Assembly: GCA_026991575.1 (NCBI GenBank)
Contig: JALXBF010000170.1
Coordinates: 1-36,794 of the forward strand
Direction: 5' to 3'
Length of the DNA: 36,794 nt
Source of the DNA: Planctomycetota bacterium
Lineage (GTDB): Bacteria; Planctomycetota; Planctomycetia; JALXBF01
Positions 27,561-36,752 of this stretch are shown here, in pieces (position 1 is the stretch's first letter; each line of letters opens with the position of its first letter). The notes under the pieces were generated by a model that was not told where the DNA came from, did not search any database, and saw only the letters and a list, made by a program, of their open reading frames with translations. Both the position numbers and the translations under genes were made by a program.

Positions 27561-28507
27561 GCCTGGTGAGAACCGAAAATTCGGCATTGGAGTGGCGCTC
27601 CCGTACCCCCTGGGACGGGACCGTGGTTCTTGGACCGACCGCGGGACGGCGCAGACTGCTAGCTGCGGCCGCGGCCCGCTGCCAGCTGCTTAAGCCCCGA
27701 GTGCTGGCGCTGGTGCTCGTGGTGTGTGCCTTCAGCGGTCTGCTGGCTCGGCCGGCCGAACCGACCGGCCTTCTCATCACGACGCTAGCCACCGCTTGCG
27801 TCGCAGGCGCCGGTCTGATCATCAACCAGATCATGGAACGGGACGTGGACGCGGTCATGATCCGAACACGGAGCCGGCCGCTGCCCAGTGGTGCGGTGTC
27901 GGTGGCGGAGGCCTGGGGCTGGGCCGTGGTGCTGATGGCCGGCGGCGTCGGTTGCTTCCTGCTTTCCGGCCAGGTGCTGGCCCTGGTGCTAAGCCTCCTG
28001 TCTGCGTTCCTCTACATTGCCGTGTACACGCCGTTGAAGCGGATCACACCGCTGAATACGCTCGTCGGAGCGGTCTCCGGAGCGATGCCGCCACTGATCG
28101 GCTGGGCCGGGGCATGCGGCACGCTTGAGCCGATCGCCTGGCTACTGTTCGCAGTCCTGTTCTTCTGGCAGTTTCCGCACTTCTTTGCTATCGCGTGGCT
28201 GTGGCGCGAAGAGTATCGGCGTGCGGGGCTGCGCATGATCACCGTGGCTGATCCTGACGGCCGCAGCACCGGGCGCCAGGCGCTTGCCTATTGCCTGCCG
28301 CTGGTGCCTCTGTCGTTCTTGGCGGTGCCCGGTGGGCCGATGACTACTGGGTATCGCTTGCTCGCATTGCTGTTGGGACTTGCGTTTCTGGGCTGCACCG
28401 TGGAGTTTTGGTGGCGGCCGTCGGACCGCTCTGCGCGCCAGCTACTGCGTGCATCGGTGCTGTACCTGCCGGTACTGTTGCTGTTGATGTTGATGGCTAC
28501 GTACTGA
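27557..28507 (+). CDS. ctaB: Protoheme IX farnesyltransferase (heme O synthase)
   Basis: [44 protein letters not shown]. Confidence 0.95.
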   Translation: MSLVRTENSALEWRSRTPWDGTVVLGPTAGRRRLLAAAAARCQLLKPRVLALVLVVCAFSGLLARPAEPTGLLITTLATACVAGAGLIINQIMERDVDAVMIRTRSRPLPSGAVSVAEAWGWAVVLMAGGVGCFLLSGQVLALVLSLLSAFLYIAVYTPLKRITPLNTLVGAVSGAMPPLIGWAGACGTLEPIAWLLFAVLFFWQFPHFFAIAWLWREEYRRAGLRMITVADPDGRSTGRQALAYCLPLVPLSFLAVPGGPMTTGYRLLALLLGLAFLGCTVEFWWRPSDRSARQLLRASVLYLPVLLLLMLMATY

Positions 28508-28545
28508 AGCGACGAGCAAAACGAGACCTGTTGGGGGAAATGGCG

Positions 28546-29178
28546 ATGGCAGAAGCGGCGAGCGTAGGTCATGCTCATCAGGAGTACGAGGTCGGCTTGC
28601 CGTTGAGCAACGCCAAGCTGGCCATGTGGCTGTTCCTGGCCACGGAAATCATGTTTTTCGCCGCCTTGATCAGCGCCTACGTCGTGCTCCGCTGGGGTTT
28701 GCCTGCCTGGCCCGAGCCGGACACGGTGCTTAAGGCCTGGATCGGTGCGGTGAACACGATGATCCTGCTTGCTTCCAGTGCCACGATGGCCTTCTCGCTC
28801 TGGTCCGTCGAACGGGGCGACGCGGCCAAGCAACGGCTCTTCCTGGCACTCACCCTCCTGTTGGGCTTCGCCTTCCTGGGGGTCAAGGCCTACGAGTACA
28901 GCGAGAAATTTGCCCACGGCTATTACCCAGGGGGGCCGGGCTTGAGCGAGATTCCTTCGGGACCGACCTTCGTCTCCTGCTATTTCACGCTCACCGGGTT
29001 CCACGCCCTGCACGTGATCGCTGGCCTAGTCATGCTGGCGTGGCTGCTGATCTGGAGCCTGGTTCGTACCGAAGGGATCCCGAAGCAGCGGTATGAGCGT
29101 GTTGAGCTCGTCGGCCTTTACTGGCACTTTGTCGACGTGGTGTGGATCTTCCTGTTTCCGTTGTTGTACCTTATCTAG
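28546..29178 (+). CDS. ctaE: Cytochrome c oxidase subunit III
   Basis: [32 protein letters not shown]. Confidence 0.95.
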   Translation: MAEAASVGHAHQEYEVGLPLSNAKLAMWLFLATEIMFFAALISAYVVLRWGLPAWPEPDTVLKAWIGAVNTMILLASSATMAFSLWSVERGDAAKQRLFLALTLLLGFAFLGVKAYEYSEKFAHGYYPGGPGLSEIPSGPTFVSCYFTLTGFHALHVIAGLVMLAWLLIWSLVRTEGIPKQRYERVELVGLYWHFVDVVWIFLFPLLYLI

Positions 29179-29238
29179 CAGCAGGTATCAAGCATCAACA
29201 CCCGACCGATCGATTCGGTTAGCGAGAGGTCGTCTGCC

Positions 29239-29607
29239 ATGAGTAACGAGCACAGTGGCAACCACTTTAACGCATACCTGTACGTGGCCATTGCTCTGTT
29301 GATCCTGACCGTGGTCACATACTTCGTGGCCGAGAGTTTCGAGACGACGTTCCAACGGGCAGTCTCTGGCCTGTTGATCGCTGTGGCCAAGGCCATGTTG
29401 GTCGTCTCGATCTTCATGCACCTGAAGTGGGACTGGAAAAAGAAGACCTGGTTCATGATTGTCCCGGCATTGCTGCTCTCTGCGGTGCTGCTGGTGGGAC
29501 TGTTCCCGGACATTGCCAAGCGGGAGATTACGACCTCACCGTACAGCACCGCCGTTGCTGCCGAGGGCAGCACGGGCACAAGCCACGCCGGTGGCGCCAG
29601 CCATTGA
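29239..29607 (+). CDS. ctaF: Cytochrome c oxidase subunit IV
   Basis: 3 TM, IAVAKAMLVVSIFMHLKWD. Confidence 0.88.
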   Translation: MSNEHSGNHFNAYLYVAIALLILTVVTYFVAESFETTFQRAVSGLLIAVAKAMLVVSIFMHLKWDWKKKTWFMIVPALLLSAVLLVGLFPDIAKREITTSPYSTAVAAEGSTGTSHAGGASH

Positions 29608-30520
29608 ACTACACAATCTGGTGTGTCGGTATGGTGACCGGGTCGCGGTCGCAGGCATCAGCCTGGCCGTCGAGCCCGGTTCCATTTTCGGGGTACTCGG
29701 CCCCAACGGCGGCGGAAAGTCGACGACGTTTCGAGTGCTGGCGACTTTGAGGCCGCCGCAGGAGGGCAGCGCCCGAGTGGCGGGCTATGACGTGGTCCAA
29801 GACGCTGGGCAGGTGCGGCGGCGCATTGGGGTCGTTTTCCAGGAGGCCGCTTTGGATGATAAGCTCACCGTGCGTGAAAACCTTACCCATCACGGGCATC
29901 TCTACGGCCTCCGAGGTTCTGAGTTGCGGGCGCGCATCGAGCGGGTCCTGGAGAACGTCGCGCTCCTGGACCGAGCGGACGAGCTGGTCGAGAAACTTTC
30001 CGGAGGACTGAAACGACGCGCCGAGATTGCCAAGGTGTTGTTACACGAGCCTGAGGTCCTGCTGCTGGATGAGCCGACCACAGGGCTGGACCCGGGGGCT
30101 CGTGCCGCACTGTGGCAGCAACTTCGCCGACTCCGAGACGAACACGGCTGCACGGTGCTGATGGCCACCCACCTGTTCGAGGATGCCGAACAGTGCGACC
30201 AGATTGCCATTCTCGACCGAGGCAAGCTGGTCGGGCTTGGCACACCACAGCAATTGAAGCGACTCGTCGGGGGAGAGGTCCTGACCCTTGAGTGCGACGA
30301 TGCCGAGGGAGTGGTACGTGAGCTGCCCCGGATCGTGCCCGGAGCTGAACCGATGCGCGTGGGTGAGCAGATTCGGCTTGAGCATCCGGAAGCCCACCGG
30401 CTGGTGCCCCAGCTTGTCGAAGTTTTCGGCGAGCGGATCCGCGCGATCCGACTGGGGCAGCCAACGCTGGCCGATGTGTTCTTCAAGTTAGCGGGTCATG
30501 AGTTCGACGGTGTCGGTTGA
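29591..30520 (+). CDS. ABC transporter ATP-binding protein (DrrA-like)
   Basis: GPNGGGKST, LSGG, LLLDEPT, ATH; start estimated at GTG 29591. Confidence 0.93.
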   Translation: MAPAIELHNLVCRYGDRVAVAGISLAVEPGSIFGVLGPNGGGKSTTFRVLATLRPPQEGSARVAGYDVVQDAGQVRRRIGVVFQEAALDDKLTVRENLTHHGHLYGLRGSELRARIERVLENVALLDRADELVEKLSGGLKRRAEIAKVLLHEPEVLLLDEPTTGLDPGARAALWQQLRRLRDEHGCTVLMATHLFEDAEQCDQIAILDRGKLVGLGTPQQLKRLVGGEVLTLECDDAEGVVRELPRIVPGAEPMRVGEQIRLEHPEAHRLVPQLVEVFGERIRAIRLGQPTLADVFFKLAGHEFDGVG

Positions 30521-31308
30521 GCCGAGCGGAGCGATCGAGCGTGCAGGACGTACTGGTGGTCACAATCAGCCTGGCACGCCGCGAAGTGGTCCGCTTTTTG
30601 CGACAACGATCGCGGGTGATTGGCGGACTGCTGACGCCAGTCGTTTTCTGGTTGCTGCTCGGCTTCGGTATCGGCCGTTCGTTCCGGCCGCCGGGATGGG
30701 GTAACGACGTGGACTTTGCGGAATACTTCTTCCCGGGCACGCTCCTGCTGATCCTGCTGTTCACGGCGATTTTCTCGACGGTCTCCGTGATCGAAGATCG
30801 CCGGGCGGGCTTCCTGCAGGGCGTTCTGGTGTCACCTGCACCATTGCTAGCAGTGGTGCTTAGCAAAGTGCTGGGCGGGGCAGTGCTTGCACTGCTTCAC
30901 GGCGCGCTGTTCCTTTTGCTTGCCCCTGTGGCCGGCCTGGCAATTCCGGCGCAGGCGTTCGGCGCACTGGTCGCGTTCATGGTGCTGGACAGCCTGACGC
31001 TGACGGCCCTTGGGCTCGCGGTCGCCTGGCCCATGGAGTCAACGCAAGGGTTTCACGCCGTCATGAACCTCGTGCTTATCCCGCTATGGCTTTTGTCCGG
31101 AGCGCTGTTTCCGATGGAGGGGGCAGCCGCTTGGGTCCGCGTGCTCATGCGGCTTAATCCCGTGCACTATGCGTACGCAGGCTTACAGGCGGCGCTGTTA
31201 CCGGCAGCTCCTAGAATTCCAGTGAGCATTGCGGCCGGCGTGAACCTCGCCTTCCTGCTCCTGTTGATCGGGTGGGTGGTTCTGGTTGCTGGCCGAGCGA
31301 GGAATTGA
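30517..31308 (+). CDS. ABC-2 transporter permease
   Basis: 6 TM, YFFPG, IEDRRAGFLQGVLVSP, LSGALFP, NPVHY. Confidence 0.9.
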   Translation: MSRAERSSVQDVLVVTISLARREVVRFLRQRSRVIGGLLTPVVFWLLLGFGIGRSFRPPGWGNDVDFAEYFFPGTLLLILLFTAIFSTVSVIEDRRAGFLQGVLVSPAPLLAVVLSKVLGGAVLALLHGALFLLLAPVAGLAIPAQAFGALVAFMVLDSLTLTALGLAVAWPMESTQGFHAVMNLVLIPLWLLSGALFPMEGAAAWVRVLMRLNPVHYAYAGLQAALLPAAPRIPVSIAAGVNLAFLLLLIGWVVLVAGRARN

Positions 31309-31311
31309 GCG

Positions 31312-32004
31312 ATGTCGCAGTCGGTTGATGCGTCCCGTGCGAGCATGATGCGCTCGCTGGGCACGTACCTGGTGGTGCTGATGTTAGCCGGGGGTGGCTT
31401 GATCGCCGGCGGGGCGTTCCTTGGTCGCTTGCATGCATCGAACACGGCTTATCGGGAGGCGGTCCAGATGGTGCGGCAGCTGGCGCTGCCGCTGCCCTCG
31501 GTTGAGCTGGTGGATCACCACGGCAGGCCCTGGCGGCCGGAGATGCTCCGCGGGCAGGTCTGGGTGGCTGCCTGCTTCTTCACACGCTGCTCGACAGTCT
31601 GCCCCGCGCTGATGCACTCGCTGCAGAGTTTGGCCGAGGAGCTGAAAGGCCTGCAAGGGGTGCGCTTCCTGATCGTGACCGTTGATCCGACCCATGATCG
31701 ACCGGCGGTGCTGCGTGACTACGCCCGAGCGATCAAGGCGGATCAGCGGTGGCTGTTCGTCACAGGCGAAAAGGAGGCCGTGTATCGGTTGGTACGTGAG
31801 GGCTTTCGGCTGTCGGCTGCGGAAACTCCCCCCGAGGCACGCCGCCAGGGGGCTGATCCCGTGACACACAGCACCAGACTGGTACTCATTGGCAAACAGG
31901 CCCGCGTACGTGGCTACGCGGAGACGCGCGATCCGTGGCAGCTGACCAAGCTCCAACACGCGATCGACCTGTTACTGGCCGAACCCGAAGACGATGTCCG
32001 CTGA
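31312..32004 (+). CDS. sco: SCO1/SenC copper chaperone
   Basis: FFTRCSTVCP (CxxxC), VDPTHD, WLFVTG, THS. Confidence 0.92.
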   Translation: MSQSVDASRASMMRSLGTYLVVLMLAGGGLIAGGAFLGRLHASNTAYREAVQMVRQLALPLPSVELVDHHGRPWRPEMLRGQVWVAACFFTRCSTVCPALMHSLQSLAEELKGLQGVRFLIVTVDPTHDRPAVLRDYARAIKADQRWLFVTGEKEAVYRLVREGFRLSAAETPPEARRQGADPVTHSTRLVLIGKQARVRGYAETRDPWQLTKLQHAIDLLLAEPEDDVR

Positions 32005-32419
32005 AGGTCCGCCACTGCTTGCAACCATAGACGCGGCGCTCAACCTGACAGCCGCGGTGCTGATGACGGCCGGATATGCGGCCGTGCGCGCCGGTCGGAT
32101 CCTTCTGCATCGGCGGCTGATGCTCGCCGCAGTGGCGGTTTCGGCCTTGTTCCTGGTCTGTTACCTCTATTACCACGCCACCCACGAGCCAGTGCGGTAT
32201 CAGGGCAGCGGCTGGGCCCGTCTGCTCTATCTGCTGCTGCTCGGCAGCCACACGGTCCTCGCAGCAGCGACCGTACCGCTGGTGTTGACCAGCGTCTGGT
32301 TAGGGTTGCGTGACCGGATCGACCGACACCGGCAGCTTGTTCGCTATGCGCTGCCAATCTGGTGGTACGTCTCCGTTAGCGGAGTGGTTGTCTACATCGT
32401 GCTGTACCATCTGGGCTAG
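31994..32419 (+). CDS. DUF420 (CtaM/YozB-like) membrane protein
   Basis: 4 TM, HRRLM, FLVCYLYYH, SHTVLA, HRQ, WWYVSVSGVVVY. Confidence 0.88.
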   Translation: MSAEGPPLLATIDAALNLTAAVLMTAGYAAVRAGRILLHRRLMLAAVAVSALFLVCYLYYHATHEPVRYQGSGWARLLYLLLLGSHTVLAAATVPLVLTSVWLGLRDRIDRHRQLVRYALPIWWYVSVSGVVVYIVLYHLG

Positions 32420-32453
32420 TCCAGCGGTGGTGACCGGCAGAGGAGTCCTGGGC

Positions 32454-32759
32454 ATGAAGTGGTCAAACTGGCTTGCACGAACGGCTCTGGTGACGATGGG
32501 GCTGCTGTTGCTCCATGCGTCGTTGGTCTATGGCCAATGCGCGATGTGAAAGCAGACAGTGTCGGCCTCCGGTTCGGAGGACGCCGTCCGCTTTGCCAGC
32601 GCTCTGAACGCCGGTATCCTGCTTCTTCTCGGAGCCCCCTACCTGGTGCTTGGCGGCCTGGGCCTGATCTTCTACCGCGCCGTGCGCAAGGCACGCCGCC
32701 AGCAGCAAGAGGCCGCACTGAGCGAATCGAATGACACCGACCCGGTCGCGAATCGGTGA
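32454..32759 (+). CDS. Small exported membrane protein with in-frame UGA at codon 32; candidate CxxU selenoprotein (101 aa)
   Basis: AGGAG RBS and ATG 32454; signal peptide then QCAM-TGA(32547-32549)-KQTV..., frame continues through NAGILLLLGAPYLVLGGLGLIFY (TM) to TGA 32759; hairpin just after the UGA. Confidence 0.72.
32563..32586 (+). promoter_or_regulatory. Candidate bacterial SECIS element
   Basis: CCUCC-GGUUC-GGAGG apical stem-loop (32566-32580), G-first loop 21 nt after UGA, extendable by CGG/CCG pairing below a bulge. Confidence 0.6.
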
Positions 32760-32941
32760 GCGCGATGCGGTATCGGATCGGGCGTATGCTGCAGTTGGCG
32801 GGGCTGATCATTGTGCCGCAGGGGATCGTTGCCAACCTGGCGGCCGGAGCATCTCTCTGGACGACCTTTGCGATTGCAGGCGCTGGCTGCGCCGTCTTCT
32901 ACCTGGGCCGGGCCATTCAGGGCGATGCTGGCGGGCCCTAG
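32756..32941 (+). CDS. Small two-TM membrane protein
   Basis: GRMLQLAGLIIVP...VFYLGRAIQ; GTGA overlap with preceding stop (alternative ATG 32765). Confidence 0.7.
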   Translation: MSAMRYRIGRMLQLAGLIIVPQGIVANLAAGASLWTTFAIAGAGCAVFYLGRAIQGDAGGP

Positions 32942-33112
32942 TGCCCGGCGGTCTGCCGCCGGATGGCCTCGCTGGCTCCTGCTGCTCTGGCAGTCGGCCA
33001 CCGCGCAAGATCTGACCAGCCCGTGCGAATACCCTTCCGGAGCAACTTACCGCGGCGGTTACGTCAGCGGAGTCCGGTGGTAAGCAGTTTGCTTCGGGAG
33101 GAGTCTACCGCC

Positions 33113-33922
33113 ATGATCAAGCGCATACTCTACACCGTCGGGGCAATTACGGTACTGGGGCTCGTCGTCTTTGGTGCCGACCTCTGGAGTTACGTTCGGA
33201 CGGCGACGCGCGAGGTTGAGCAGACGGTGCGGTCGGCAGTGCCGTTGGAGTTTGAGTTGCGGCGGGCACGACAGATGGTCGAGGATCTGGTGCCTGAGAT
33301 CCGCAAGAACATGCACGTCATTGCTGAGCAAGAGGTCGAGATCGAGCGGCTGGAGTTGTCCATTGCTCGGCAAGAGGACGATCTGCGGCGCCAGCGGGCT
33401 GAAATGCTCGTGTTGCGATCGCGGTTGAAGGAGGGGCCCGGGCCGTATCGGTTCGCCGGTCGGACGTATAGCGCGGAAGAGATCAAGCGGGACCTGGCTC
33501 GTCGCTACGCGCGCTATAAGGCAGCGGAGGCGACGCTCGAGGCGAAGCGTGAGCTGTTGGCCGCGCGGAAACGCCAGCTGGACGAGTCGCGACGCAAGCT
33601 GGATGCGATGATCGCGGCCAAGCGCCAGCTAATGGTCAAGATCGAACAGCTTCGAGCCCGTCTCCAGACGATCCAGGCAGCTCAGGCAGCAAGCGAGATC
33701 CAGTTTGACGACAGCCAGCTTGCTCGGGCTAAGACGCTTGTGCGGCAGATCGAGAAACGTCTCGACGTGGCCGAACGCCTGCTGGCCGCCGAAGGAAAGC
33801 TGGACGGCGAAATCCCAGTTGAAGAGGACGCCGAGGCGGAAGACGTGGTGCGGAAGATCGACGAGGAGTTCGGTGTCATGGGCGGGGCCGCTGAGGACGG
33901 AGCAGACAGTAGCCAGTTGTAG
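33113..33922 (+). CDS. Signal-anchored PspA/IM30-like coiled-coil protein
   Basis: GGAGGAG RBS, N-terminal hydrophobic segment, long charged heptad helices, acidic tail. Confidence 0.65.
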   Translation: MIKRILYTVGAITVLGLVVFGADLWSYVRTATREVEQTVRSAVPLEFELRRARQMVEDLVPEIRKNMHVIAEQEVEIERLELSIARQEDDLRRQRAEMLVLRSRLKEGPGPYRFAGRTYSAEEIKRDLARRYARYKAAEATLEAKRELLAARKRQLDESRRKLDAMIAAKRQLMVKIEQLRARLQTIQAAQAASEIQFDDSQLARAKTLVRQIEKRLDVAERLLAAEGKLDGEIPVEEDAEAEDVVRKIDEEFGVMGGAAEDGADSSQL

Positions 33923-34115
33923 TGGGGCCCGTCGGGGAGCGGCCCGGCACCGACCGTCGGCGCGACGTGGACTGTGGCCCCGTCAGAGAGGCGCGGTGGC
34001 ACGCCGGGTTGGATCGACCAGCGTCCGCCGCGCCTTTGTGCCTTGCCTGAGCGTCCGAGCCAGTGCACGATGGAAGAAGAAGGTAATGCGTGCCACCAGG
34101 GAACGTGCTCGGCTT

Positions 34116-35480
34116 ATGTTCGGGAAATTCAAGCCGGTGCTGAAGCAGATCGCCACCTTGCTGCGGGATGGTCAGCTGGACGCGGCGGCCGCGCTGCTGT
34201 CCGACCCGGAGGTGGCCCAGCATCGAGAGGGGCGACGACTGAGCCAGCAACTGGGCCAGGCCCTTCTAGAGCGTGCCCGTCATCACCTCCAGGCACGCGC
34301 GCTGTTCCACGCCTGGGATGACCTTACCTGCGCGCGCCGCTTTGCTGGCAACGATCCGGAAACGGCCCGGCTGGAGCGGGACATCCTCGTGGCAGCCGTT
34401 GAACTGGCCCGGGACGAACTCCATGCCGGACGTCCTGATCTGGCAATACAGCTCATCGACGACCTGCGCCGCCGCGGTGCTCAGGACGTCTCGCTGAACG
34501 CCCTCGCCGACGTGGCCCGCAATTGGCACAAGGCGCGGCGGCTGGCACAGGGCGGTGACCTCTATGGCGCTGTCGACCTACTGCGACGGATCGAACCGAA
34601 GGCCAGCGGGCTGAAGGCCCTGTCGCGTGAACGAGATGAGTACGAGCAGCAGCTGGAACGGGTCCAGAAACTGGAAGGGGAACTAGCCGAGCAGATCGCC
34701 GCCGAGAACTGGCTCGAAGTCCTGCGTACGGCAGCAGCTCTCCTGGCCGAGCTGCCCGCCCATCGACTCGCCATGGCGGCACGGCGACGTGCCTGGCACG
34801 CACTGGGAGCAGGCAGCGTCAGCGCGGTCCAGACCCAGTCCCAGGTTGCACCTGCCGAAGCTCCGGCTGGGCCTGGCAAGCAGCCGCTTATGGAAGATCG
34901 CTGCATGCTCCATGTGGACGGCGGTGGTAGCTACTTGATCTGCGTCGCCGATCACGTCACGATCGGCAACCGCTCAAGCAACGCTACCGTGCCTCTTCTG
35001 GCCAACATTTCCTCGAGTCATGTGGAGATCGTTCGGGACCGGGGCGGCTACGTGATCTGGCCAAACCGGCCGGTGGCCATCAACGGCGTCCAGGTCTCGC
35101 GGCCGACCCCCATCAAACGCGATGCGCGCATCACGTTGGCGAGCGGCGTGGAGTTTCGGTTCCGGCTTCCGAGTCCCATGTCCATGACCGCCCTGCTCGA
35201 ACCATTGCACAGCAGCTATTTGGACCGACGCTTCGATGCGATCGTCCTGCTGGCGCGATTTTGCCTGGTCGGTGATGACCCCAGCTGCCACATCCATGCT
35301 CCCGATACGCCGCGCCACACACTCCTGGTGGAACGGCGCCATCCGCTTCAATTCCTGCTTCGTGGCCCCGGTCCGATCCGAGTCAACAACCTGCTTGCCG
35401 GCGCCGAGGCCTCTTTCCCGGTGCCTGCGAATGTCGAGCTGCCATCTGCCAAACTGACCATCCTTCCGTACGACCACTAG
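34116..35480 (+). CDS. TPR-like helical repeat plus FHA-like domain protein
   Basis: Helical repeats followed by VTIG..LANISSSHVEIVRD..GYVI..VAING..ITLA; start 34116 or 34086. Confidence 0.65.
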   Translation: MFGKFKPVLKQIATLLRDGQLDAAAALLSDPEVAQHREGRRLSQQLGQALLERARHHLQARALFHAWDDLTCARRFAGNDPETARLERDILVAAVELARDELHAGRPDLAIQLIDDLRRRGAQDVSLNALADVARNWHKARRLAQGGDLYGAVDLLRRIEPKASGLKALSRERDEYEQQLERVQKLEGELAEQIAAENWLEVLRTAAALLAELPAHRLAMAARRRAWHALGAGSVSAVQTQSQVAPAEAPAGPGKQPLMEDRCMLHVDGGGSYLICVADHVTIGNRSSNATVPLLANISSSHVEIVRDRGGYVIWPNRPVAINGVQVSRPTPIKRDARITLASGVEFRFRLPSPMSMTALLEPLHSSYLDRRFDAIVLLARFCLVGDDPSCHIHAPDTPRHTLLVERRHPLQFLLRGPGPIRVNNLLAGAEASFPVPANVELPSAKLTILPYDH

Positions 35481-36038
35481 CCTGTACGCGCGATGGCCTC
35501 GATCACAAGCCGATGGGTAGGTCTCCCGGTAGCGGCGTGCCCATCGGACGAGCCAGGGCACGTCCAGCGCCCGGCTTGGAGCCAGCTTCCCTGACGCGCG
35601 GCGCGGCCTTTGCTCGCCCCCCCTACCTCGCCGGGGTAGCAGGCCCAACGGAGGACCGCGGAAGCAACCGAGGCCGCTGGTCTGTCCGGACAGAGCAGGG
35701 CTACGAACACGCGAACCGCCGAACGCATGGCGTCGAGAACGGGGCGCATGTGCTGGAGGCGGTCAGGTACGTGTTGCCAGCAGCGGCGCAAGGTTTCTGT
35801 TCGACTTGTCCTTCTCCGGAGTATCAGTCACAGCAAGCCACGGGCCTCGGGGATCGGTCCCCAAACCCTTCCGCCGTGTGCCCGGTCGGCCCGACAAGGG
35901 GGACGATCGCGCCACTATGCCTCTGCGACCAGCCGACCGCTGGTTCGCGCGGCGGGGCCGTGGACACGATGCTGCGGGTGATCAGGTTACCGTCAGGTGG
36001 AAGGCCGGCTGCCGGTTGAACCGGCACTACGCCACGAG

Positions 36039-36752
36039 TCAGTTCACACGCGGGTCGTAGAGCAAACCTCGCGCCCTCAAACGGTCCTGCCTCCACTGCT
36101 CGTACGTGTACCGCCGGCCCAACGGCAGGTGGTCCTTGAGTAGGTAATAGTCGTTCGGGGTGGTCAGCGGCGTTTTCGGGGGTATGTACTGTGCCCGCCT
36201 CAAGAACCCGATCGCGGGGCGAAACGCGCGGTAGAACAGTCGCTGGGCATCGCACCAGGCCTGCTCCCGTGCCAGCCGACGCCGAACATCGGCGCGGTCC
36301 ACCCCCTGGCGCATCTGCGATCTCCGAATCGGTCCTTGGGGCTTGTCCAGTAAACCCGGCACAAATGCCGTGCGGACGGTGTTGTTGGCGACAACGACCA
36401 GGACGCCTGAGGTTCCAAAACAGAGCGATACGCGTGATGCCGCGCCCGTGTAGACCATCCAGTTCAGACGGCAGGCATCGGCAATGTTCAGGCAGATGCT
36501 CTCGCTGTACAAGCGATAGATGTCATGCCAGAGAGGCTCCCTGTTGCGGACTGCCTGATACAGCACGTGCTGAGCCGTTTCCGGGGATCCGTAGGCACTC
36601 AACGCCGGAATGATGATCCACCAGGCAGCCGCCTCCGGTTGCCTCAGCAAGTGACGATCCACATGCCGAACCAGAGCATTGTGGTCGGTGAAGACGCGTA
36701 TCCGACCGTGAGGCCAGCCACAGGGGGTGATCTCCCGCGCCGTCCAATTCAT
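36039..36752 (-). CDS. Hypothetical protein (frame open to window edge)
   Basis: Globular-looking composition with many W/Y; ATG at 36752, but the true start may lie upstream or outside the window. Confidence 0.55.
   Translation of the reverse strand: MNWTAREITPCGWPHGRIRVFTDHNALVRHVDRHLLRQPEAAAWWIIIPALSAYGSPETAQHVLYQAVRNREPLWHDIYRLYSESICLNIADACRLNWMVYTGAASRVSLCFGTSGVLVVVANNTVRTAFVPGLLDKPQGPIRRSQMRQGVDRADVRRRLAREQAWCDAQRLFYRAFRPAIGFLRRAQYIPPKTPLTTPNDYYLLKDHLPLGRRYTYEQWRQDRLRARGLLYDPRVN

Noticed and set aside
32310..32759. Two separate ORFs (32310-32549 and 32559-32759) as in the ORF track
   Set aside because: They are in the same frame, separated only by one TGA and three codons; RBS, signal peptide and TM helix make sense only as one gene starting at 32454.
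33996..34012. TGGCACGCCGGGTTGG sigma54-like motif upstream of the FHA gene
   Set aside because: No GC at the required -12 spacing.
35513..36019. 168-aa ORF on + strand
   Set aside because: Low-complexity G/P/R/A composition without motifs; probably intergenic.
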